33,153 bases of DNA, from positions 1-33,153 of the IMG/VR virus record IMGVR_UViG_3300011442_000019; one strand, written 5' to 3'. Origin of the DNA: a virus (lineage: Duplodnaviria > Caudoviricetes). Shown here one piece after another: positions 17,102-27,428 of this stretch. The number at the start of each line of letters is the position of its first letter. The stretch's first letter is position 1. The notes under the pieces were generated by a model that worked only from the letters and a program-made list of their open reading frames with translations, made no database searches and was not told the origin of the DNA. Made by a program: the position numbers and the translations under genes.

Positions 17102-19260
17102 AAAGTCTCGCGTCTAAAGTCTCGCGTCTAAAGTCTCGCATCATCCTGGCCCTGGGGGCCTGGGTCGCCTGGGTCACATTCGTCGCCTCCGCCGACGACT
17201 CCGCGCACGTCGTCGTCTCCACGCGCGACCTCGGCCTCGGCGTCCTCTCCCGCCGCGTGGTGATGCTGCTCCCGGTCCCGCCCTATCGCACCAGCCTGGG
17301 CACGAACATCTTCAGCCGCGACCCGCGCCGCCTCACCAACGATACCGCCGGCGTCTGCGTTTTTTCCAACACGCTGGCGGCGTATTACCAGTTGCAAATC
17401 GTCGGCAACCCGGCGCTGAACCAGCCCAACGTGACTTACACGATGAATCTGGGCACGAACCATAGCGGCCTGGTCAGCGCCGCCGCGCTCATCAGCAACC
17501 CGGAAGTTCCGCCACCCAACCCGAGCACGAATTACTATACCCAGGCGCAAGTGGACGCTTTGCTCGCCCCCCTCGCCATTCCCGAGAACCTCACCAACGT
17601 CACAATTTGGGGCGACTCGGAATTCATCACTGAGCCATTCCTTTCATTCGATGAAGACAACGCCAGCGCCGGCGGCCACTGGACGTTTCTCAATCCGATC
17701 TTCGGCACCTTCACCGGCGACGCGAGCGGCAGCAGCAACGCGGTGGACCTCATCGCGGGGAGCAACATTACGATCGTCACCAACTCGCCGCGCACCTTCA
17801 CCCTATCCAGCACCAGCGTCACGCCGACCAACACCACGGCGCTCGTCGGCGTGCTGGCGGACGGCGGGCGTTCGCTCGGCTCGAACCTCAGCACGCTCGT
17901 TTTAGCCGCCTCGCTGGGCGGCGCGGCCTACTCGAATGCGGGCGCGTTCCTGCTCTCCGCCACCGGCGTTTCCGCCGTGGCCGGCCCGCTGCTGACCTCC
18001 AACGGCGGGGCCAATTCCTGGAGCTACAACGGCAACCTCCTGACGAACCTGAACGCGACCAAGTTGGAGGCGGGACTCGTGCCGACCGCCCGGCTCGGGA
18101 TCGGCAGCGCCAGCTCATCCACCTTTCTGAATGGCGCTGCGACGTGGACTTCGGACTTCAGCAATGGGACCAACGCCAACGCGAGCATCTTGTTCGGCAG
18201 CGGCACCATTCCCACCGCGCGGCTGCCCGCATTCACCGGCGGCAGCATTACCGGCGCGAGCGGCGGCGTTGTGCTACTACATACCAATGCGGTTGCTGGA
18301 GGAACCTACCGCAGTGTCACGATCAGCAGCGACGGACATGTCACTGCGGGGAGTAACCCGACAACGTTTAGCGGTTACGGCCTGAGTGATGGCAGCGCGA
18401 ATCTGGCCGCCGCCCTGACCGATGAAACCGGCACTGGGGGCACCGTATTTTCCAACGCGCCAAACCTGAATAATCCGACGGTCAGCGGCACCATGACGCT
18501 GGGCGGCTTGACAATAAACCCTGCAAACGGCCAATACACGTTTAGTCAAACTTTCGCGATTTATTTGAGCTCGGCTAACGGGGTGCAACTGAGATCTGGC
18601 GCCAGCGACATTGTGGCGATCGGCAACTCTACGGACACGCCAGGCGTGGGATTCCTAAATTCAGGGAACGCGACCATTGCAACTTTGCGGGCCGTCAATA
18701 GTCTCACCGCTCTCACATGGCCGGGCCAAAGCTTTTGGACAAACGGACTGCGAGTGCTGAACAACGTCTCCACCACCCCGATCAAAGTCGGTGGCGTTTT
18801 GAAAACCGACACCACCGCCGTCGGAAACATCGGCGCCGGCACGGACACGCTCATCACCTACACCATTCCAGCCAGCACGCTCGGAGCGAACGGAGAAGCT
18901 TTGGAGTTCGATTGCTGGGGCTACTGCACCAACAACGCGAACACCAAGGATATCACCGTGAACTATGGCGGCACCGCTTTGATTGACACCACGGCGCTCG
19001 TGTTGAACGGAGTCAGTTGGCGCGCTCACGGCAGAATCGTCCGCACTGGAGCGGCGACGCAAACTGCGACGTGTGAGTTCACCGTTGGCGGCACCCTGCT
19101 CAGCGCCGTGAACGGGACGATTACCTTGACCACCGCCCCGGCAGAAACGCTTTCGGGCACGGTGGTATTCAAATGCACCGGCGCCAGCGCAATTTCCCCC
19201 AACGACAACGACATAGTTCAAAATGGGATGACCCTGAAATGGTTCCCGACCGGCAACTAA
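17098..19260 (+). CDS. Large T/N/G/S-rich fibre- or adhesin-like protein with a signal-like N-terminus (720 aa)
   Basis: Fibre-type motifs GTYRSVTISSDGHVTAG and SANLAAALTDETGTG; ATG at 17098. Confidence 0.7.
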   Translation: MKSLASKVSRLKSRIILALGAWVAWVTFVASADDSAHVVVSTRDLGLGVLSRRVVMLLPVPPYRTSLGTNIFSRDPRRLTNDTAGVCVFSNTLAAYYQLQIVGNPALNQPNVTYTMNLGTNHSGLVSAAALISNPEVPPPNPSTNYYTQAQVDALLAPLAIPENLTNVTIWGDSEFITEPFLSFDEDNASAGGHWTFLNPIFGTFTGDASGSSNAVDLIAGSNITIVTNSPRTFTLSSTSVTPTNTTALVGVLADGGRSLGSNLSTLVLAASLGGAAYSNAGAFLLSATGVSAVAGPLLTSNGGANSWSYNGNLLTNLNATKLEAGLVPTARLGIGSASSSTFLNGAATWTSDFSNGTNANASILFGSGTIPTARLPAFTGGSITGASGGVVLLHTNAVAGGTYRSVTISSDGHVTAGSNPTTFSGYGLSDGSANLAAALTDETGTGGTVFSNAPNLNNPTVSGTMTLGGLTINPANGQYTFSQTFAIYLSSANGVQLRSGASDIVAIGNSTDTPGVGFLNSGNATIATLRAVNSLTALTWPGQSFWTNGLRVLNNVSTTPIKVGGVLKTDTTAVGNIGAGTDTLITYTIPASTLGANGEALEFDCWGYCTNNANTKDITVNYGGTALIDTTALVLNGVSWRAHGRIVRTGAATQTATCEFTVGGTLLSAVNGTITLTTAPAETLSGTVVFKCTGASAISPNDNDIVQNGMTLKWFPTGN

Positions 19261-19271
19261 GCAAAACAAAC

Positions 19272-19736
19272 ATGAAAAAACTCATCGCTCCATTCGTCGC
19301 CTGCGTCCTATTCGCCGCATCAGCGTACGCCAGCCTCACCAATATCACCTACACCGCCCAAGTCGAAGTGGATGGCAAACTTGGAAAGGTCGAGACCCTC
19401 GAACTCCGGCAAGACGCCCGCGACCCCAGCCTGGCCGACGGCCTGATCTGGTACTTCGATCAATACGCCTCCACTAACCGCGGCGTCGGCACCAATGAAA
19501 CCCTGGAAGGCTGGCTGATCGTGGAGATCCGCGACCGCCTGCTCCCGCCCCACGCCGCCGAGAAAATCACCGCGGACAATGCCGCGCCGGAAAACGCCGC
19601 GCGCCTGGAAAAACTAAAAGCGGTCCAGGCCCAACTGGACGCCGCGGACAAAGCCGCGATCGATGCGATCCTGCTGAAATTCGGCAAGGCCGCGCCGCCG
19701 CCGCCGCCACCTGATTCCCAAAATCGTAAATCATAA
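19272..19736 (+). CDS. Signal-peptide-bearing hypothetical protein
   Basis: Leader MKKLIAPFVACVLFAASAYA; ATG at 19272. Confidence 0.75.
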   Translation: MKKLIAPFVACVLFAASAYASLTNITYTAQVEVDGKLGKVETLELRQDARDPSLADGLIWYFDQYASTNRGVGTNETLEGWLIVEIRDRLLPPHAAEKITADNAAPENAARLEKLKAVQAQLDAADKAAIDAILLKFGKAAPPPPPPDSQNRKS

Positions 19737-19757
19737 ATCGTAAATCCCCAATACCCT

Positions 19758-20795
19758 ATGACTCCCAAACGCTTCACTGACGCCATCCACATCGGCACCG
19801 GCGAATTCGCCTTCTGCCTCGGTGCCCGCACCATTGCCGACACGCGCCCGCCCAACGGTTTCCGCGACATCGGCAACGTTGATGTCTATCAACTCAAAGT
19901 TGAAAACGAAACCGTCCAGCGCGAAGGCGCCTACCGCGGCAAAAAATCCGTGGACGCCCAGTTCTCCATCAAGCAGGGCCTGGAGTATTTGTTCCGCTGC
20001 GATGAACTGACCAAGGACAACCTGCTCGTGCTCGCGATGGGCACGGACCTCGGCAACAACGCGCGCGGCGCCTACGCCGATACCGCCGCCGACGTGATGG
20101 CCTTCACCGCCCTCGCCCCGAGCGACACCCGCTACTGGTATGATCTGACGGTGAGCGACGTGGAAACCACGCACCTCACCAGCGCCATCCTCTTCGCCGG
20201 CACACCGGTCTCCGGCACCACGCAGGACACGGGCGACACGTTCACCAAAAACGCCCACGGCCTGGCCAACGGCGATCGCGTGATCCTGATCTCCCTCACC
20301 ACCACCACCGGCGCTTCACTCCTCACGCCCTATTTTGTGGTCGGCAGCACCACGAACACCTTTCAACTCTCCGCCACTGCCGGCGGCAGCGCCCTCGCGT
20401 TGACCACGAACGGTACGTTCACCTATCTCGCCGCGCTGGTTGAAGATACCGATTACGAACTCGATACCGAGATCGGCCGCGTCCGCACCCTCAGCGCCGT
20501 CGAGACGAACCTCTATGCGTTCCTCACCGCCGCCGCCATCACCAGCGCGGATGCCAGCTATATGAAATCCATCACGCCGCTCGAAGAGGCGAGCTTCGAG
20601 GGCATGGGCCGCTTCCTCATGTTCCACGCCGCCGACAACGCGCTCGCGTGGGATCATCGCAATTTCAGTTGCACGATCACCGGCACCAATTTCGGCGAGA
20701 GCACCGGCAAAGCCGTGACCACCTTTGATTTCATCGTGCGCGTGACCGACGTGCGCGGCGCCCTGTTCACCGCCAAACGCGCCATCAACGATTGA
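19758..20795 (+). CDS. Major tail tube protein with an inserted beta domain
   Basis: IGTGEF...FRDIGNV N-terminus and DYELDTEIGRV; precedes the chaperones and tape measure. Confidence 0.8.
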   Translation: MTPKRFTDAIHIGTGEFAFCLGARTIADTRPPNGFRDIGNVDVYQLKVENETVQREGAYRGKKSVDAQFSIKQGLEYLFRCDELTKDNLLVLAMGTDLGNNARGAYADTAADVMAFTALAPSDTRYWYDLTVSDVETTHLTSAILFAGTPVSGTTQDTGDTFTKNAHGLANGDRVILISLTTTTGASLLTPYFVVGSTTNTFQLSATAGGSALALTTNGTFTYLAALVEDTDYELDTEIGRVRTLSAVETNLYAFLTAAAITSADASYMKSITPLEEASFEGMGRFLMFHAADNALAWDHRNFSCTITGTNFGESTGKAVTTFDFIVRVTDVRGALFTAKRAIND

Positions 20796-20802
20796 GCAAC
20801 CA

Positions 20803-20854
20803 AGCCAAAACTCAGAAACTCAGAAACCCCTTTTTGAGTTTTTGAGTTCCGGCT
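20803..20854. repeat. Palindromic element, copy 2
   Basis: AGCCAAAACTCAGAAACTCAGAAA...TTTTGAGTTTTTGAGTTCCGGCT. Confidence 0.8.
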
Positions 20855-20861
20855 AAAAATT

Positions 20862-21353
20862 ATGATGCAAGACGCATCCAACCCGGAACTCTCCGCCGCG
20901 GAGATTCACGAAACCCTGTACGACGGCGCGGACACATCCGTCACCTACGTCGCCTCCGTCCCCTCCGGCGAGACCCGGACTGAGCTGGTCAAAGTCCGCA
21001 AACTCCCCCGCGAAGAATTCAGCGCCCTCGCCCTGATCATCGGCGATGAGAGCGAGAGCGCCGAACTTCGCGAAGCCGCCCTCTACTGCGGCCGTCCCGA
21101 GGAATGGGCGGCCACCCTGGAGGAAGCGTCATTGGATCGCGTGCTGGCGGAGGGCCAGCGGCTAAATTTTTCCAGCTACGCGCGCTGGTTCAAGCGCCGC
21201 GCGCGCCTCTTGGGCCTGATGGAGAACCAGACCCAACTTCTGGCGACGGCGACGCAAATGATCGAGCGTATGGAGCAGCGCAACAATACGAATGGCTGCT
21301 CACCCAAGGCCACCGCGACGCGGACCTCTGGCGCTACTCGTCCGACAAGTTAG
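20862..21353 (+). CDS. Tail assembly chaperone (G-like)
   Basis: Acidic ORF between the tail tube and tape measure genes. Confidence 0.75.
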   Translation: MMQDASNPELSAAEIHETLYDGADTSVTYVASVPSGETRTELVKVRKLPREEFSALALIIGDESESAELREAALYCGRPEEWAATLEEASLDRVLAEGQRLNFSSYARWFKRRARLLGLMENQTQLLATATQMIERMEQRNNTNGCSPKATATRTSGATRPTS

Positions 21354-21619
21354 CGTTGCTGGCGCGCCTGGCCGGCGAGCGCGTCGCTCGCGAGCAAGCC
21401 GCCGCGGACCTGCGGTCGCTCCGCAACCTGGCGGCCGTGATGGGTTTGGTGCATGGCCGCGAACCCGGCCGGAGAAACTTTGAAACGCTGCAAAATGAAT
21501 TGCTCGAAAAAATGGATGGTAGGCGACGACGTGAGGAGTCGGACTCCCCCCCTCCGCCCGCGCGTGGCCGCCGCCGCCGTTCCACCCTCGCCCCAGCGGA
21601 TGGGGAGAGGGCAGGGTGA
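21164..21619 (+). CDS. Tail chaperone T-like extension, probably reached by -1 frameshift
   Basis: The -1 frame is open from 21104 to 21619, and an in-frame slippery heptamer A AAT TTT lies at 21164-21170. Confidence 0.55.
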   Translation, partial: KFFQLRALVQAPRAPLGPDGEPDPTSGDGDANDRAYGAAQQYEWLLTQGHRDADLWRYSSDKLALLARLAGERVAREQAAADLRSLRNLAAVMGLVHGREPGRRNFETLQNELLEKMDGRRRREESDSPPPPARGRRRRSTLAPADGERAG

Positions 21620-21660
21620 GGGGCAAACTTTAGACTCCAGACTCCAGACGCCAGACTAAA

Positions 21661-23580
21661 ATGGGCCAAGCCAAAGTCGAAATCCTGATCCAAGCCATTG
21701 ACCAGGCCAGCGCCTCGGTCAAAGGCGTGAACGCCTCGGTCGCCGCCCTCGGCCAGACCGCCGCCGCCGCCAACGCGGCCACGCTGCCGCTCAACACCAC
21801 GCTGGGCAAGACCACGGCCAGCACCACGACCCTGACCTCCGGCGTCCATCGCGCGGCGGCCGGCATCAAGGTCCTGAAAGGCACCGCCGAACTCATCGGC
21901 CTGCAAACCTTCCCCCAGCTCACCATCGCCATTCACACCGCCGCCGCAGCGCTCAAAGCCTTGCACACCCAAGCGGCCGTAAGCGTGGCGACGTTGGCGC
22001 GGATTGCTGCTCCGGTCCTCCTCGTGGCGGGGGCCGCGCTGGTCGCCTATAAGGGCCTCAACAGCCTTTATGAAGCCCAGAACCGGCTGGCGCGCAACAG
22101 CGGAGCCGCGCTTCAATCTCGCCAACTCGCATCCGCGATCCAGGAACTGGGCGAGCGCGGCGAACTGACGGCCGCTCAGGTAAAAGTGTTCTCCGCCCAG
22201 GTCGCCCTGGCCGCGGGCGTGATGGAAAAGGAGCGTCCCGGCGTCATCGGCTTCTGGACGGATTTATTTTTTGGCAAAGAAAAAGCCGTTGCGGATAATG
22301 CCGAGGCCAAACTCAAATCCATCCGCGAGCAAATCCAGGCCATCGCCCATGCCAAGCCCCTCGCCGCGATTGCTGAGATCGAAGGCGGGATCGGCCGAAG
22401 CCAAAGCCGGGCCGATTTAGCGGCGGCCACTTCCGATCTCCGTCCGAAAGCCGGCATGTCGGTGCAGGTCAGCGAACTGGAGGCCGGCCGCGCGCGCGCA
22501 ATGGCCTTGTCGCGACAATACGAGGACCTCGCGACCGCGATCCAGGCCGCTCAAGCGGCGCTGAAACAAGAGATGGGGTTGACCGATGAGGCGGCCCTGA
22601 GCGATGAAAAATGGATCGCCCTGGAGCAGCGGCGACAAGATGCGATGGTCAAGTCCGCGCAGGTCAAGCGGCGGGTGCGCGACGAGAAACGCACGGCCAT
22701 CGAAGATGACTTCCGCCTGACCGATGCGCAAAAGTTCTCCCAGATCAAGGCGCTCGGCGGCGAACAAAAGGGACCCGATCCCGAGAGCTTGGTGCAAACC
22801 ATGCAGGCCGCCTTCGTCACTCTGCAAAATGATTTCGGCACGGTCGCCCAAAACATCGCCAAGGGCTTTACCGCCATCATCGGCGGCGCCGTCAATTCCA
22901 TCAGCGACGGCATCACCGGCTTGATCCTGCACACGAAGACCTGGGGCCAGGCCCTCAGGCAAATCGGCACCACGATTCTCACGACCATCATCGACGCGAT
23001 CGTGCAGATGGGCGTGCGCTGGGTGGCCACGCAAATTCTCACCGCCATCTCCGGCAAGGCGATCATGGCCGCCGGACTCGCCGCCAACGCCGCGATTGCC
23101 GTCGCGCAAAGCGCCATCTGGGCTACGCCCGCCACATTGGCGACCATCGCCAGTTACGGCGGCGCTGCCGCCGCCGCCCCCGGCCTGATCGCGCTGGCCG
23201 AAGGCATCACGCTGGCGGAATCCATCGCCGGCGGCGGCTTCGCCCGCGGCGGCTATACCGGCGCTGGCGGCAAGTACGAAGTTGCCGGCAAAGTTCATCG
23301 CGGGGAATTCGTATTTCCGGCCGAGCGCGTGCGCGAGATCGGTCTTTCATCGTTGTATAATTTAGCCTTCAAGCACGGCACCCCTTCCGAAATCGCCCGG
23401 CCGCAACTCCTGCCCAGCTATGCCGAGGGCGGCCTCGTCACCGGCGCTTCCACCGCCGCGCAGAACTTTAACTTCGCCCTCATTGACAACCGCCAGGACC
23501 GCCGCGACTGGGAGTCCCGCAAAGGCATGAAAGTTTTGCTCGGCGAACTCGCCCGCCGCGGCAACCGCATCTCCACCTGA
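21661..23580 (+). CDS. Tail tape measure protein
   Basis: 639-aa Ala-rich helical protein; N-terminal EILIQAIDQAS and C-terminal FARGGYTGAGGKYEVAGKVHRGEFV. Confidence 0.92.
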   Translation: MGQAKVEILIQAIDQASASVKGVNASVAALGQTAAAANAATLPLNTTLGKTTASTTTLTSGVHRAAAGIKVLKGTAELIGLQTFPQLTIAIHTAAAALKALHTQAAVSVATLARIAAPVLLVAGAALVAYKGLNSLYEAQNRLARNSGAALQSRQLASAIQELGERGELTAAQVKVFSAQVALAAGVMEKERPGVIGFWTDLFFGKEKAVADNAEAKLKSIREQIQAIAHAKPLAAIAEIEGGIGRSQSRADLAAATSDLRPKAGMSVQVSELEAGRARAMALSRQYEDLATAIQAAQAALKQEMGLTDEAALSDEKWIALEQRRQDAMVKSAQVKRRVRDEKRTAIEDDFRLTDAQKFSQIKALGGEQKGPDPESLVQTMQAAFVTLQNDFGTVAQNIAKGFTAIIGGAVNSISDGITGLILHTKTWGQALRQIGTTILTTIIDAIVQMGVRWVATQILTAISGKAIMAAGLAANAAIAVAQSAIWATPATLATIASYGGAAAAAPGLIALAEGITLAESIAGGGFARGGYTGAGGKYEVAGKVHRGEFVFPAERVREIGLSSLYNLAFKHGTPSEIARPQLLPSYAEGGLVTGASTAAQNFNFALIDNRQDRRDWESRKGMKVLLGELARRGNRIST

Positions 23581-23581
23581 T

Positions 23582-23657
23582 AGCCAAAACTCATAAACTC
23601 AAAAAAGAAAACACAACTCTCGCCGCAACTCCGTTTCTGAGTTTTTGAGTTTCGGCT
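23582..23657. repeat. Palindromic element, copy 3
   Basis: AGCCAAAACTCATAAACTCAAAAA...TTTCTGAGTTTTTGAGTTTCGGCT. Confidence 0.8.
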
Positions 23658-23672
23658 TCAACAATCCATCGT

Positions 23673-24590
23673 ATGCAATTCACCAAATACACCGGCACTT
23701 TAACCGGCCAGGTCGGCAGCCTGATCACCGCCCTCGATGCCATCCTCGTCACCGGCGAAGGCTGGACCAAAGTTTTTACCGGCACCAACAAAGCCGTGTA
23801 CCGCGCCCCGAGCGGCAACCGCCTTTACCTCCGCGTCGCCGACGACGCCGGCGCAGCGGGCGGCGCCAAAGAAGCGCAGATCACTGGCTACATAAACATG
23901 AGCGACGTGGACACCGGCACCGGCCCCTTCCCCACCGCCGCGCAAGGCGCCGGCGGCGTCGCCCAGGTCATCGCCTCGAAAAGTTTCACGGCCGATGGCA
24001 CCGCGCGGTCCTATCGTGCCTGGGCCGACGCGAGGAGTTTGTTGTTCTTTTCCCAGATAGCCTCGGATGGTAATTGGTTCGCTTTTTCCTTTGGTGAATT
24101 TAAAAGCTTTGGCTTGGGCGATTCCTATGGATCGGCAATCTGCGGTAGGATGGCGGTTAACAGTCCCAATACCACCGATGAGCGGCTGTGCATGGTGCAA
24201 GCGAACCTCGCCGCCGGGGATTATTTTGTCGCGCGCGGTTATCTTGGGTTAGGTGGTTCCGTCGCAATGGGCCGCCACGCCGAGCCAATAAAAATGGCCA
24301 GCACTGCCTTCCGCGGCGTCATTATCTATCCGAACTCAACCGATGGAGGACTATACCTCAGCCGCATCTGGCTGCATGACCCTGTGACCATCACACCGGT
24401 CACCCTCCGCGGTCGGGTACGGGGCCTTTGGACCCCGCTTCACATCCCCAGTTCATTTGCGGATGGCGATATATTTCAGGGCACCGGCGAACTCGCCGGC
24501 TACACCTTTGAAGCCGTCAAAACCGTCTTCGCTGCTGGTACTGACGGAGTCGCGATGATCGAAACCAGCAACACCCTGGAGACCAACTAA
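23673..24590 (+). CDS. Putative virion tail protein
   Basis: 305-aa G/T/aromatic beta-rich ORF after the tape measure gene. Confidence 0.7.
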   Translation: MQFTKYTGTLTGQVGSLITALDAILVTGEGWTKVFTGTNKAVYRAPSGNRLYLRVADDAGAAGGAKEAQITGYINMSDVDTGTGPFPTAAQGAGGVAQVIASKSFTADGTARSYRAWADARSLLFFSQIASDGNWFAFSFGEFKSFGLGDSYGSAICGRMAVNSPNTTDERLCMVQANLAAGDYFVARGYLGLGGSVAMGRHAEPIKMASTAFRGVIIYPNSTDGGLYLSRIWLHDPVTITPVTLRGRVRGLWTPLHIPSSFADGDIFQGTGELAGYTFEAVKTVFAAGTDGVAMIETSNTLETN

Positions 24591-25120
24591 TGTCAGACCT
24601 GGGTACCATTGGCCGGGAGTGTGCCATTGCCCAAAGATTGATAATCGCTGCGCCCTTGGGGACTTCAGGGACGGTCAGCGAATGCGCAATTGCGCTTCGG
24701 GCTCCGAATCAAGCTGACCCACTGGGCTTCCGCTGCCTCCAAGCCGGTGAACGTTATTGCGTGTTCGGCGGCAAAGAACTCACCGAAGGCACCGAACTGC
24801 CACCCTCCCTCCGCCTCGATGCCCGCGGCTTCTGGACCTTTCGCTGGCCCGTCGCCGCCGGCGATCGCGCGATCCTCATCAAAGTCAAACAAGCCGCCAA
24901 CCTCGAGCCCCGCCCCAGTATGCGCATCCGCGCCAACGCCGAGCTCGGCATCCTCGCCGACGTTTCCGGCGTCGCCCCGGCCGGCGCCGACTGGGTTTTC
25001 ATCGGCCCCCTCGCCGTCTCCCCCAACGCCGACGGCGCGCTGCTGGTGGAACTGTGGAATAATTTGGACACGCAAGTCTTCGCCACCCCCTGTTACTTCG
25101 ATTCGCTGGCAGCCGCCTGA
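24590..25120 (+). CDS. Hypothetical tail-region protein
   Basis: TAATG coupling to the upstream gene; 176 aa. Confidence 0.65.
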   Translation: MSDLGTIGRECAIAQRLIIAAPLGTSGTVSECAIALRAPNQADPLGFRCLQAGERYCVFGGKELTEGTELPPSLRLDARGFWTFRWPVAAGDRAILIKVKQAANLEPRPSMRIRANAELGILADVSGVAPAGADWVFIGPLAVSPNADGALLVELWNNLDTQVFATPCYFDSLAAA

Positions 25121-25151
25121 CCCCATTCGTCGCCTAGGTCCCATAAGTCCC

Positions 25152-27428
25152 ATGCAAGATGACCTCAACCATTTCCTCGGCAACGCCCCCGTCATGCGCT
25201 GGGATCGCGGCAACCTCTTCAACCACTGGCTCGGAGGCACCCCCGTCATCGGCTTCCGCCAGTCCGGCGTGCCGGAAGGCCCCACCAGCGCCTATCGCGT
25301 CCTCTCGCTGCGCCCGGATGCCGCCACGCCGCCGCGCTGGTCGAATCGTTATTCCACCACGATCACCGAGAGCCTCAACGGCACCGAAGAACGCCAGGCC
25401 CGGTTTCCCCGCGCGCTGTACGCGCTCAGCTTCCAGGTCACCTGCATCAACGCCGCCGAGACCGCCTACCTCCGCGCCATCCTCGAAGACTCCGATGCCG
25501 CCCCCGTCGCCTGCCCCCTCTGGCCGCTGGCCTGCAAACTCACCGCCGCCGCCGGCATCCTCGCCACCACCCTCGCCCTCGATGACACCGCCGATTGCCT
25601 CTTTGAAGTCTTCCAACAATTCGCCCTCCTCTGGGAAGACTTCGACCACTGGCAAGTCGTCGAACTCGCCACCGTAACCGCCAACGGCGCCACCCTCATT
25701 GCCGGCACCTTCAGCGCCTACCCCGCGAATGCGCTCCTCATCCCCCTCGCCTATGGCCACGCCCCGCGCGGCAACATAGATCAACTGACCGATCTCCACG
25801 GCCAATGGCGCTGTGACTTCTCGGAAACCTTCCATCGGCTCCACGATCAAAGCGTCGCGGAGGCATCCGTCCCCTTCGTCCCCTCCGTCTCATTCCGCGA
25901 GCTGGAAGTTTTCGACGTACGCCCGCACTACGCCGGCGTCGCCGCCGGGCAGATGGATGAGCTGGCGATCGAAGCCGGCGGCTACGGCCTGCACACGCCG
26001 TGGCGGCCCAGCAGCGCCATCCGCCGGATGCTCAAGCTCCCGCTGCTGCTGCACGGCCTGGAAGCCGTCGGCGAACTGCGCCGCTTCTGGGACCGCCACC
26101 GCGCCCGGCAGATTCCCTTTTGGGTACCCGCGTGGGTCAACGATTTGGAGCTGGTCGAAGATGCCGCCGCCAGCGCTACGGAAATCACGGTGGCCGGCCA
26201 CGGCTTCGAGCACAAGTACGCCCTCGGCGCTCAGTTCAAATTCATCGCCCTGCTCACTCGCGCCGGAAAGCTCGAATGTTACGGCGTCCTCGCGGTCGTG
26301 GAAGACGGCGACAACGACGTGCTCACGCTCTCCCGCGGCCTCGACACCGCGCTGGTCGCCACGGACACGCTGTGTTGCCCGTTGCTCCTGGCCCGGCCCA
26401 CCGTGGACGCCCTGGAATATGATTACCTCTCCGGCAACGTCGTGCGCGGGGAAATGTCCTTCGTCGAATGTCCCCGCGAATATCCCGGCCCGGCGGAAAG
26501 TTCCTCCGCGGCGGACAGCGCGCACCTTGGTACGCGCCCCGTATTTCTTTACCGCCTTACTGGCGGAGAGAATGTCCTCACCCTCGCGGATTACGGTGTG
26601 GACCTCGCGGCCGCGGCCCTGACCTGGCAGGCCGCCGACATCTCCGGCGAAGACCTCACCAGCACCCTCGACATGCTCGGCGATACGCTCACCGTCGTCC
26701 TCAAGACCGATGACCCCGCGCATCCACTGCTCGATTACCTGGACCGTTTGCAGGCGCGCAACTACACGCTGGAATTGTTCCTCGCCGACCTGGACGATCT
26801 CGGCGCGCTCGATCTGGACGCGCCCGAGCACATTGGCCGGCTCGAAAAAATCAGCTTCGATCAAAACCGGATCACGCTGGAAGTCTCCTCCCTCTTCCGC
26901 TTCGCCGAAATGCGGATTCCGAAAATCCAGTTGCAGCGCCTGGCCAACCGCAGCGTGTATGAGGTCGTTGACCCCGCCGATTTCACCACCACCGGCACCA
27001 TCAGCGAACTGGGCGAGGACCCACCCTATGTGGACGCCGCCGCCTTCGGCGACAAAGCCAGCTTGGAAGGCGACCCCAATTGGTTCGCGCTCGGCAAGGT
27101 AACGGCCGGCAGCGAAGTGCGCCTTTGCACCGGCCAGAGCGGCGCGCGGTTGTACCTCAACTATCCCTTCCGCCGCGCGCTCGTGCTCGATGCCATCAGC
27201 GCCGTCGCTGGCGACGACAAACGCGCCGCCACTTGGGATAACAAATTCAACGCGCTGGACGATTTCCTGGGCTTCCCCTACATCCCCGCGCGCAACCCGC
27301 AATTCAAGGCGTTGGAGACGCCGAAACAAAGCGGAGGGAAAAAGTGGGCGCCGCCTCGCCCGCCAGCAGCGCGCCGAAGATTCTCCCTCTCCCCGGGGGA
27401 GAGGGCCGGGGTGAGGGCGGGCGTTTAA
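25152..27428 (+). CDS. Tail-tip protein: apparent fusion of distal-tail-like and baseplate-hub-like domains
   Basis: GTEERQAR and FWDRHRARQIPFWVP in the N-terminal half; PVFLYR...FLGFPYIP in the C-terminal half. ATG at 25152. Confidence 0.75.
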   Translation: MQDDLNHFLGNAPVMRWDRGNLFNHWLGGTPVIGFRQSGVPEGPTSAYRVLSLRPDAATPPRWSNRYSTTITESLNGTEERQARFPRALYALSFQVTCINAAETAYLRAILEDSDAAPVACPLWPLACKLTAAAGILATTLALDDTADCLFEVFQQFALLWEDFDHWQVVELATVTANGATLIAGTFSAYPANALLIPLAYGHAPRGNIDQLTDLHGQWRCDFSETFHRLHDQSVAEASVPFVPSVSFRELEVFDVRPHYAGVAAGQMDELAIEAGGYGLHTPWRPSSAIRRMLKLPLLLHGLEAVGELRRFWDRHRARQIPFWVPAWVNDLELVEDAAASATEITVAGHGFEHKYALGAQFKFIALLTRAGKLECYGVLAVVEDGDNDVLTLSRGLDTALVATDTLCCPLLLARPTVDALEYDYLSGNVVRGEMSFVECPREYPGPAESSSAADSAHLGTRPVFLYRLTGGENVLTLADYGVDLAAAALTWQAADISGEDLTSTLDMLGDTLTVVLKTDDPAHPLLDYLDRLQARNYTLELFLADLDDLGALDLDAPEHIGRLEKISFDQNRITLEVSSLFRFAEMRIPKIQLQRLANRSVYEVVDPADFTTTGTISELGEDPPYVDAAAFGDKASLEGDPNWFALGKVTAGSEVRLCTGQSGARLYLNYPFRRALVLDAISAVAGDDKRAATWDNKFNALDDFLGFPYIPARNPQFKALETPKQSGGKKWAPPRPPAARRRFSLSPGERAGVRAGV

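Noticed and set aside
24690-25151. Upstream extension of the 912-aa tail ORF
   Set aside because: Pro/Ser-rich off-frame read of gene 24590-25120.
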